Source: the human T2T-CHM13v2.0 reference genome, Homo sapiens. Taken from it: DNA of 64,000 nt. Made by a program: the position numbers and the translations under genes. The first letter of the stretch is position 1. Every line of letters starts with the position of its first letter. The notes beneath the pieces were generated by a model. It did not search any database and was not told the origin of the DNA. It saw only the letters and a program-made list of their open reading frames with translations. Where the stretch lies: NCBI RefSeq assembly GCF_009914755.1, contig NC_060939.1, one strand, 5' to 3'. Shown in pieces: positions 53,327-64,000 of the stretch.

Positions 53327-53373
<47 letters not shown>

Positions 53374-53515
53374 CAGATGGGGTCTTGCTCTTTTAGGCTG
53401 GAATGCAGCAACATGATCTTGGCTCACTGCAGCCTTGACCTCCTGGGCTCAATCTATCCTCCTATCTTGGGCTCCCAAAATGCTGGGATTACAGGTGTGA
53501 GCCACTGTGCCCAAC
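53315..53515 (-). mobile_element. Alu monomer (FLAM-like, 53371-53515) whose tail region is a compound (AG)8(TG)20 microsatellite (53315-53370)
   Basis: A single reverse Alu arm lies directly adjacent to the dinucleotide tracts. Confidence 0.85.
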
Positions 53516-56139
53516 CTAATTTAAATGTTATAAAGGGAAAATAATTCCCAAAAATGTACATTCAAGATAAAGAAACAGGGAGGTAAAAATAAGTATATTA
53601 ACGCTTCAGAATGCAAGAGATCTTATACCAATAGGAGCTCACTGGCATTCACAAATAAAATCCATATATTCATGAAAATCAATAAACTGCCTAACTTTTT
53701 GGTAGCCTAGAGGTGTAATGGGCTCAAGGACCCACAACCCAAGAGATAGAAGAGCCAAGATGTCCAGCAATAATAGTTCTGATTCATGTGTTTGTACCAT
53801 GCTCACTCAGCAAGTTATTTAAATTATCTTTTGGCCTGTAATGGGACATGTGTTTCCAATTATAAGCAAAGAATCCATCCATGCATTTCTAACATCTGTG
53901 AAAGGTTGTTTTATAATATATATATATATATAGCTTGGCTTACAAAGTGATTTTGGAGGACAAAAAAAGTATTATATACTACAGTGATGACAAACTAAAT
54001 TATTTCTCATGATAGGAAATCAGTTGAAGGCAAAAAAAGTACCAAGAATCAGTAAAGATCTCTCACCCCTGTATTTTTTCAAATTTTTTTAAAAAATAAA
54101 AATTCTATCATATTGACATTACAGCTACTATTTGCAGTTTATAGGTATAATATTCTTATCAAGTTGTAGCAAACCTATTCACATTAGTATGTTCAATATG
54201 GTCACCATCTATGGCCTATATATTGATATAGAACATGTTTTGGGCACTTCAAGTCAGGATACATTGTTTGGGAAAAAATTTCTTTCCTGAAGCTACTTTA
54301 GTGTAGAATGAGTCCTTTCCACTGTCATTTCTACCTTATGAAAAAAAAAAAATCACCTCCTCCTATATTCTCATTCTCAGCTAATGACATTATCATTTAC
54401 ACAATCTCAAAGCAGAAGACACCTTATAGTAACACTTGATCCTACTTTTCTCTCTTATTAGTATTATATCCCTTTAGTCCACTGAATTCATCACTATACC
54501 ATGACACCTGTAGCTCAAAAACTACTAAATCTGTTTACTACTCCCTTAGCTCAGGCCTTCTTTTTCTTGCTGTTCATTTGTAACATCTTCGTAACCGGTT
54601 TTGTGAACTGATTATATCATTGTCTAACTGGCTTTTTATCACCCTAGGATAGAATCCAAAATCCCTGGCGTGGCACAGCAAAGCCCTTCATGATCTGGCC
54701 CTTATCTATCATTCTGGTCCTACTGCCTTCTGACCCTGCGCCATAGGCCACACACTCCATGCTCAGTGTCATCTAAATTCTCACTGTTCCCTAAAGTTGG
54801 AACATCAGCTGTACTCTTTCTGCAGATGTGTTTTCCTCCTTTCCCCTTCAGACTCCTATTCATCTTGATAACCACTCTTAAATGTTAGTTCCTTCATGAA
54901 GTTTTTCCTAACTCCTGACAGGCAATCGCTAACCTGAACTCCCACAGTACTTTTTACATATACAGTCAAAAGCCTTGTTTTGTGTTTGCTGTTTCACCTT
55001 CCTCATCCCTCCTCACTTCCACTCCAGCTCATCTCTGTGTCCCTATGACTGGTATATAGTAAGTGCTGGGGAAAAAAAAAAAAAACAGTCTAGTAAGTGA
55101 AAATTTTCCCACATATATTTAATTATGAAAAAAAATTTTAAAGGCACAAAATGTTTAAAAATTTTAGATGCACATTAACATTTCAACAGTTTTTTTTTCT
55201 AAGGAGAAATCCAAGACCCCGAGATTAACTGATTACACCTAAAACCTTTAGGCAGAGTATAGAAAAACCAAGGCTTCAATCTTTGAACACTTTGAATCTG
55301 GTGCTTTCTGAAAACATCACCTCAATCTCTGAGACTTTCGTTTTATACTACTTGTGTTTATATGTGCCCATATCATTTGTTACTCTGTCATCTGTCCAAA
55401 CCCACAGCTTTACAGGTTTCTCTTATGGCTTGCCTTTGAGATGCGGCATTTCACTATATAGAGAGGATCGTGCTCATTTACAATGTTAGCACTTTCCCTT
55501 TATCTTCTTAATTTTCAACTAGTATCACTCCTGCAAAAGAAACATGTCTGCCTCTAAACCAGTATCACCCATCCCTGGCCAACAGTTTCCTAAGGGCCCA
55601 CAACAGCTTGTTAATTGCCTCTGCTCTGGAGCTTTACTGAAAGCATTCCAAACATCTAACTACAATCACAGACAGGGAGGCCAGGAAGGAGAATATGGGA
55701 AGAAAATGAGGGCTCAGTTTTTTTTACACGTTAAATTTTAGGTGGCAACAAGCTATCTGATAACCTCCCAGAGAAAAGAAAAAAAGAACGAACAAAGAGC
55801 CAAATGAAAGAAGGTGGCTATACTATTTAAAATTTTAAAAAAAGAAGAAAGGAAGTTACATAGGGAAAACAAATCATAAACTAAACCAAGAAAGAGAACT
55901 CAAGAGCTCAAAGTATTATAGAAATAAGGCAAAGAAACTACTGAGATGTAGACTTCAATAAATAAATGTTAAACATTAAATACTATTTTTTAGTCTGTAT
56001 CTCTTCTTGATTACAATCAGACTACTTAAGGCAAACAGCATGCTAGGTTTTATAAGCCTAGAGTGAATATTATTCACGTCTGTAGTTTACTTAGTAAATA
56101 CAACATGTAAAGTTTTTTTAAATTTATTTTTTTCTTTTT

Positions 56140-56248
56140 AAGACTATAGTCAAGTGCAGTAGTGAAAAGGGGGGAAAGAGCAGAACAAGGAGATTGATCT
56201 ATAACTGACTGTGAACAAATTAGATAACTCACTACCTTCAGACCAGCC
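56140..56248 (-). pseudogene. Y1 RNA (RNY1) retropseudogene in a SECISBP2L intron, sense to the host
   Basis: The minus strand reads ggctggtctgaaggtagtgagttatct...ttcacagtcagtta...ctttcccccc...cactactgcacttgactatagtctt, matching hY1 end to end. An A-rich tail follows (56113-56139). Confidence 0.93.
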
Positions 56249-56592
56249 CTTAGGAAATATAAAATTTTAGTAACTGAGCATAAAGTATTGGAATAAAACT
56301 TCCTAATGTTTAGTTAGTGATAGGTCACAAGTATGGTGTGTTTTGCTTTTTAAAGCCCCTGAGGCTTTTTATAAAGATTTGGAACTGTGATTAAATTCTG
56401 GGGTCTCATAAGAAGTCTCAGTCCCAAATATTCTCCTGATTTTTAATGAACATGTTTAATGCAATGTTTTAAACCAAATTTCGAGCAACATTTGAATAAT
56501 CAAGAATAAAGATTAAAAATAAAAGGTAGAATAGAAAGTCATTTAAATCATCTCATGGTTTAAGTCATTTAAAATAGTATTCAACAACTTAC

Positions 56593-56812
56593 CATATTCC
56601 TTTTCATTTACTTCAGAGATCGGTTCAGAAATAACACTGCAGAAAGAAATGGCACTTGCTGCAGAGGGATTCCGAGAATGTCCCATGTGGTGTGGTACCT
56701 TCTTCACATTCTTTAAGGCTTCCTCAGCCTGCTCCTGTTCCATTGCTGCAACCATATCTTTATATGCTTTCCTGGCCTCCTCAGTGAGTTCTACTAATTT
56801 ATTAAACAGGCT
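56593..56812 (-). CDS. SECISBP2L: SECISBP2L penultimate coding exon: SLFNKLVELTEEARKAYKDMVAAMEQ...EVNEKEY
   Basis: Acceptor cttttcag|AGC and donor TAT G|GTAAGT. Length 220 nt, and the frame is continuous. Confidence 0.95.
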
Positions 56813-57824
56813 CTGAAAAGAAAGAGTATTTTGATTAATCCATTTTTTTGTTACACTTTTTATTCCTATTATGGATAATAAATATCTCTACTGTTTGTTT
56901 CAGGGTCAGACACACTTTCAATGAGGACAAAATCCAAATGGTATGCAAACCACAGAACCTTATGAAATTACTCTGTAACTTACATTTACTGTTTATTTAA
57001 TTCTCACAAGTCAAGTCTGAGGAAATTTCTTGATTCCAACACTAGCCACTAAATGTGATATATTAAAAGTTCTTACACTATTCAACAAGTGTACTCTTCC
57101 TTTAGTGTCTGCCACTACAGAGGGTACAAAGATGACTGAACATCAACTCTACTCTCAAGGAACCTTCTATGTGGCTGGAAAAAGATGGTAAGAGACACCT
57201 ATAATGCAAGGCATAACACCTTACATGCCTTGAGAGGTGTAAAGTGTTATGGCTTTAGTTGAGGCATCAACTCTAAACTGCTGGGCATCACTGAGGAAGT
57301 CATGAAGGGAAGATGACATCAGCATTGGCCTTGAAAAAGGTACAATTTTGAGGGGTGAAATCAGGGCCTTCAAAGCCAAATATGCAAAATCATTAATAAA
57401 GCTACAGACATAAGAAAAGTATAAGGCTTGTTAGGGGAGCAGTAAAGATTTTATCTGGGTTAGAATATAAAGGAGTGAGTGTATTCTGAGTGATGTTCAG
57501 GAATGTAGAAGAAGATGGCAGTCTCTATAGGAATTAAATTTTTCTGTAATGTTTACTTTTTGGAATAACTAGACGAAGACCAAAAGTAAGTTGGTGATAA
57601 TATGGAGAGCTAGGACCTTGAAGATGATGAAAAGATAACACAAGATAGAAAAGCATGACTACTGGGCCAAATGCAAATTAGAATATAGAGCTTGGAAGTA
57701 GAATATGGAGCTAAAAAACCAGATGTTCTTTCATTGCTGAAACAAACATAGGAACAAAATAAATAGTTTCCGTGAAGTGGTAGGTACACTGAGCATATTC
57801 ACATCTAATGAGATGGCAAAATTC

Positions 57825-58108
<284 letters not shown>

Positions 58109-58969
58109 ATAAGATGGCAAAATACATATAGCATTAAAGTTGCACTTCAATAACCATGATACCGAATGATGTCCAAAGATTTAAGTTTCTACAGCCACCA
58201 GAAGGCCAATCTATATGACTTTTAGTTATGCCATAATTCTATAGCATCCCATTCCTGTTAAATGTCCAATTTAGTATCACAATGCAACATACTCACAACA
58301 TTAAGAATTTCAAAGAATTAAACATAACCTGGACATTTTTGAGAATCTGTTTAATTTTATAGTAAGTACAAACCTTGAGATGAAAGCATGGCAAAAAGTG
58401 CTACATTGCTGTAGAATAATAAGTCTCTGAAGATTCATCTCAAGAGGGAAAAATATAAGTAGCATCCTTTATCCAGCTGCATTTTAAATTGTTTAAAATA
58501 GCAGGTATAATATAGGATGCTGCTAATTGTATTGATTTTTGAAGAGTGGTGGGTGTTACCTATTAGTAGTGTAAAAAATATAATCAGGATTTATTATTTT
58601 TAAAAAGGAAGGACAAATTCTGTTAAAAACAAAAAACAATAGCCCCTATGTGGTTACATGTAACAGGCTTGACAAATATTTTCAGTGTTTAACAAACCAT
58701 GCACTGAAGTGAAAACAATAAAAAGAAAATATGCAAATGGATATGTGAGTTTAACATTGGTTTTACAACATAAAAGAAAGAAAGAAATTGTTAGGAATAA
58801 AAGAATATAAGGAAAGAGAAGAAAAACTGAAGAGAGATGCTAGGATCAAGGAATTAAAGCCTTGAATGTGAGGGTAAAGATTGGAAGCTTAATTCCAAGA
58901 TTAGTTGTATCAGATGGTAACAGTAACAGGTGCACTACCATTCATTGTGAATAGACATACTTGATAATA

Positions 58970-59055
58970 TACCAAGCTGGTCTGGAACTCCTGGCCTCAA
59001 GCACTCCTCCCACCTCAGCCTCCCGAGTTACTGGGCTAACAGGCATGAGCTACCA
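58970..59055 (-). mobile_element. Short Alu left-arm fragment
   Basis: ctggtctggaactcctggcctcaagcactcctcccacctcagcctcccgag. Confidence 0.75.
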
Positions 59056-60061
59056 AGAAATTCTCACATACAGTCTAGCATAGTGGGCAGATATACATCT
59101 ATCTCACAATATCATTCAACAAACATATATTGCCTGCTTATACTCAAGTAATGTGAAAGGTGTCAGGAATATAAAGACAAGGTAAGGGGCCTGTCACCAA
59201 GGAATTCACAGTTAAAGGGAAAGAAACATACGTAACCTACAGCAAGGCAGTGTGCTATGCTAAACGTGACAAAAGCACAGGCTATTGTGGGAGCACAAAT
59301 ATTATTTATATGCTCATAGAGCAGGTGGGTAGAGAATTTCATGGGTGGTGGGAAAGAAACAGAATGGACAGGGGAATGTAGGATATGCAAACATGGTGAC
59401 TGGATAGACACATACACAAAAATAGTGTGGTTGGGAAAAGTAGTCTGTCATTGATATCACAAAGTACTTCAGAATCAACTTTGTTAAAAAACAGTCTTAA
59501 ACACTACAGTTGATGAGCATTACTCTAAATTGATAACCATTACATTATCAGCTCCTATAGATAAAGATCTATATTAGCAGATTGCCAAAGAGATGATGGT
59601 TGATAGTATCATGGGTACAATCATTGTGACAATTGGTTTAGAAATTTCATTTTCTAAAGGAAAATCCCTTCCAATTAAAGGATTCTTTTGTCTCCTGATT
59701 CCTAGTAGCACAAAATATACCCATCTAGAGACTGAAGAAATTACATTACGTAATATCAGATATCTTTAACCAGCAGTAAAATAAATTACCAAGTACTATG
59801 CAGTTGAGCCTGGAAGAAAAAAACCACTTTGGCAGAAATACGAACTAAAACCTTTTCAAAATGCTTTAGGATTAATCTACATAAATCTTTTCCACCACTA
59901 AAAAAGGAAATGTAATACTCAAAAAATTTCCATTTATTCTTTCAGGGTTGTCAACTCACTCCTTCAAATGCTTAAACATAACACTGGCATATGTCAATCG
60001 AAAAATGTGCTATCTGGGGGATGTGCTGGAGAGCAAGAGTGTGTGTCTTCTAAATTCTTAC

Positions 60062-60216
60062 CTCAGCACCAAAGTAGTTGAAGATTCCCACTACGCTAAC
60101 AGGAACCAGCTTGTTCACACAGCGTCCTAGAGCTTTCCTTCCAAGGGCAAACACAAAAGGAATTTCTTGTTCCCGTGCCATGGCTATAACATTATAGAGA
60201 GCCTCATCCAGACCAC
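60062..60216 (-). CDS. SECISBP2L: SECISBP2L coding exon (third from last), L7Ae domain: GLDEALYNVIAMAREQEIPFVFALGRKALGRCVNKLVPVSVVGIFNYFGAE
   Basis: Acceptor ttttctcag|GT and donor GAG|GTAAGA. Length 155 nt, with phases compatible with both neighbouring exons. Confidence 0.96.
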
Positions 60217-61105
60217 CTGAGAAAATCAACACATGCAGACGCCTTTAGTTGTTGCCTACATGGAGCTAATTGCACACCCGATAGCTAAAGCATAAAACAT
60301 CGCAGCAAAGAATTCTATGAACACTTGTAGCACTTAACGCTGTTACACATTATCCTATTTAATTTTATACAATATATGGAAGTATATATGTATTTTCTTT
60401 CTCCCCTATTAAATTCCAAATTCCCTCAAATCCAGTATTTTTCTTTCTCCATAGGGATTAGCATAGCAGCAATCAAACTGCAATTCAACAAATATTTATA
60501 ATAAAGAAATTAATTAAAATTGTCAATAGTGGCTGACTTGCAAATGTTTCAGCTCAAGAAAAGATCTCTCACAATGCAATGAGATCGATTACACATTACT
60601 GGTCTCACTGATATTCCTCGCCATGCATATGCCTACTACTACTACCTGCTTTGTCTACTACAGTCACCTAAAGTTGCCCATCGAAAAGGACAAATAAGGA
60701 TGCATGATGTAGTTCAAAGTACTTGTGTGCTGGTTTGCCTAAGTGCCTCTAAATGAAACTGCTGGTTTCTCAGAGACAAATCACCACCATAAATTTTTAA
60801 AAGCAGAATATATTTGCCGAAGAAATGCATTCTGGCTAGACCTCCATCTGATCACAACAGAAGGGACAGTTGGTGGGCCAAACTGAAATCTTCCACTGGT
60901 GTTCATACATGAGGATTTTATTTACAATCCAGTCTCAATTCTACTACTTAATTTCAGGTATTGAAAGACTGCATTTTCTTTTCTCATGCTCCAATATTGT
61001 TTTATACCTAAACTCTGATGAGAAAGACATATGGCTTCTACTTTATATTCACTGTATATCCCACAGCTATACTATCAAAACACTTCAAAAGCAAAAAGCG
61101 CATAC

Positions 61106-61326
61106 CTTTTGACTGGATTTTTTCACAGTTTGGAGAAATTATAACACACTTGATCTTGTTTAACTTCATATGTTTGGTAACTTCTCTTAGACCCATAACG
61201 AGTCGTCTCCTTGCTTTTGCTCTTACAGGATCTTTTTGGTAGATGCGTTCCTGGAAACTGACAAGCTCTTGGAGAAGAAGAGTCACACATTCATCAATCT
61301 CTTTACAAAGAACCTGATTACAATAC
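61106..61326 (-). CDS. SECISBP2L: SECISBP2L coding exon (fourth from last), start of the L7Ae RNA-binding region: YCNQVLCKEIDECV...ISPNCEKIQSK
   Basis: Acceptor ttttttttacag|G TAT and donor AAA G|GTATGC. Length 221 nt. The SBP2-family motif RRRLVMGLREVTKHMKLNKIKCVIISPNCEKIQSKGGLD is present. Confidence 0.96.
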
Positions 61327-61687
61327 CTGTAAAAAAAAACCAAAATGGGTAACTCCATCCTAATTTTTTTCCCTATAGTTATAAAACTGCATTAAGAAAA
61401 TATCTCTAAGAGAAAATATATATGGTAAGAAGTTTTCATGAAAAGTCTCTTAAAGAAGTGTTTAAAACTTCTTAAATCCTTCAGTCATTTACAAAAACAG
61501 AAGAGTGATACAGATATTCCTTGTTTCTGCATTTCAAATAGATTTTTTTAAGTATTCAACAAATGCTTGCTTTTATTATGATACTGGTTTATCACTTTAT
61601 CCCCATCACCTAGAAAAAGGCACATACTAAACACTCAAAAATATCTGATAAATTAACAAATATATTTGTTGTCTTCCACATCGTATT

Positions 61688-64000
61688 CTTTTTTTTTTTT
61701 TTCTTAATTATCCTTTAAGTTCTGGGATACAGGTGCAGAACATGCAGGTTTGTTACATAGGCATACACGTGTCATGGTGGTTTGCTGCACCCATCAACCC
61801 GTCATCTACATTAGGTATTTCTCCTAATGCTATCCCTCCCCTAGCCTCCCACCCCGACAGGCCCCGGTGTGTGATGTTCCCCTCCCTGTGTCCATGTGTT
61901 CTAATTGTTCAACTCCTACTTATGCGTGAAAACATGCAGTGTTTGGTTTTCTGTTCCTGTGTTAGTTTGCTGAGAATCATGGTTTCCAGCTTCATCCATG
62001 TCCCTGCAAAGAACATGAACTCATCCTTTTTTATGGCTATATAGTATTCCATGGTGTGTATGTGCCACATTTTCTTTATCCAGTCTATCATTGATGAGCA
62101 TTTGGGTTGGTTCCAAGTCTTTGCTATTGTGAATAGTGCTGCAATAAACATATGTGTGCATGTCTCTTTATAGCAGCATGCTTTAGAATCCTTTGGGTAT
62201 ATACCCAGTAATGGGACTGCTGGGTCAAATGGTTCTGATTCTAGATCCTTGAGGAATCGACACTGTCTTTCACAATGGTTGAACTAATTTACACTCACAC
62301 CAAAAGTGTAAAAGCATTCCTATTTCTCCGCATCCTCTCCAGTGTCTCGTTTCCTGACTTTTTAATGATTGCTATTCTAACTGGCATGAGATGGTATCTC
62401 ATTGTGGTTTTGATTTGCATTTCTCTAATGACCAGTGATGATGAGTTTTTCATACGTTTCTTGACCGCATAAACGTCTTCTTTTGAGAAGTATCTGCTCG
62501 TATCCTTCGCCCACTTTTTGATGGGGTTGTTTTTTCTTATAAATTTGTTTAAGTTCTTTGTAGATTCTGGATATTACCCCTTGGTCAGATGGATAGATTG
62601 CAAAAACTTTCTCCCATCGTATAGGTTGCCTATTCACTCTGACGATAGTTTCTTTTGCTGTGTAGAAGCTCTTCAGTTTAACTAGATCCCATCTGTCAAT
62701 TTTGGCTTTTGTTGCCATTGCTTTTGGTGTTTTAGTCATGAACTCTTTGCCCCATGCCTATGTCCTGAATGGTATTGCCTAGGTTTTCTTCCAGGGTTTT
62801 TATGGTTTTAGGTTTTATGTTTTAAGCCATTAATTCATCTTGAGTTAATTTTTGTATAAGGTGTAAGAAAGGGGCCCCATTTCAGTTTTCTACATATGGC
62901 TAGCCAGTTTTCCCAACACCATTTATTAAATAAGGAATCCTTTCCCCATTGCTTGTTTTTGTCAGATTTGTCAAAGATCAGATGGTTGTAGATGTGTGGA
63001 GTTATTTCTGAGGCCTCTGGTCTCTTCCATCGGTCTATGTATCTGTTTTGGTACCAGTACCATGCTGTTTTGGTTACTGTAGCCTTGTAAAGTTTGAAGT
63101 CAGGTAGTGTAATGCCTCCAGCTTTGTTCTTTTTGCTTAGGATTGTCTTGGCTATATGGGCTCTTTTTTGGTTCCATATGAAGTTTAAAGTAGTTTTTTC
63201 TAATTCTGTGAAGAAAGTCAATGGTAGCTTGATGGGGATAGCACTGAATCTATAAATTACTTTGGGCAGTATGGCCATTTTCACAATATTGATTCTTCCT
63301 ATCCGTGAGCATGGAATGTTTTTCAATTTGTTTGTGTCCTCTCTTATTTCCTTGAGCAGTGGTTTGTAATTCTCCTTGAAGAGTTCCCTTCACATCCCTT
63401 GTAAGTTGGATTCCTAGGTATTTTATTCTCTTTGTGGCAATTGTGAATGGGAGTTCACTCATTATTTGGCTATTATTGGTGTGTAGGAATGCTTGTGATT
63501 TTTGCACATTGATTTTGTAGCCTGAGACTTTGCTGAAGTTGCTTATCAGCTTAAGGAGATTTGGGGATGAGACAATGGGGTTTTCAAAATATACAATCAT
63601 GTCATCTGCAAACAGAGACAATTTGACTTCCTCTCTTTCTATTTGAATACCCTTTATTTCTTTCTCTTGCCTGATTGCCCTGGCCAGAACTTCCAACACT
63701 ATGTTGAATAGGAGCAGTGAGAGAGGGCATCCTTGTCTTGTGCTGGTTTTCAAAGGGAATGCTTCCAGCTTTTGCCCATTCAGTATGATATTGGCTGTGG
63801 GTTTGTCATAAATAGCTCTTATTATTTTGAGATACACTCCATCAATACCTAGTTTATTGAGAGTTTTTAGCACGAAGGGCTGTTGAATTTTATCGAGGGC
63901 CTCTTCTGCATCTACTGAGATAATCATGTGAGTTTTATCATTGGATCTGTTTATGTGATGGATTACGTTTACTGATTGCCATATGGTAAACCAGCCTTGC
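61688..64000 (-). mobile_element. L1PA (L1PA7-like) 3' portion with frameshifted ORF2 RT/C-terminal fragments; continues beyond the window
   Basis: The ORF 63250-63927 contains the RT motifs QGCPLS and LFADD. The 3'UTR and poly(A) are at 61688-61702. Confidence 0.95.

Noticed and set aside
62425-63927. Reverse-transcriptase ORFs as a novel retroelement or retron-like system
   Set aside because: They are ordinary frameshifted L1 ORF2 fragments.

Overview
This window is primate genomic DNA. By recognition it is almost certainly human chr15q21.1; it is not prokaryotic and has no CRISPR array or operon. Two minus-strand genes lie in tandem. SECISBP2L contributes its last four coding exons (61326 down to 52467) and a ~3.6-kb 3'UTR. 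SHC4 (ShcD/RaLP) contributes its promoter and coding exon 1 (23257-22673), and its intron 1 fills bases 1-22672. Between the genes are a near full-length processed KRT8 pseudogene inserted into an old L1 3' end, and a CpG island with no obvious gene (~36.0-36.9 kb). A Y1-RNA retropseudogene sits in a SECISBP2L intron. The rest is mostly Alu, L1, L2, MIR, MaLR/ERVL LTR and hAT-MER fossils, including a probable RTE-clade LINE remnant. I found no new gene system. The most unusual signal is a set of locally templated insertions: a 187-bp inverted copy, a 114-bp direct copy replacing part of the KRT8 retrocopy, and two short inverted or fold-back insertions. Also notable are an overlapping uORF with an alternative start in SHC4, and clustered miR-19/miR-130/PUM sites in the SECISBP2L 3'UTR. 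Exon coordinates were fixed from splice sites. Repeat boundaries and subfamily names are approximate and were recognised by eye.
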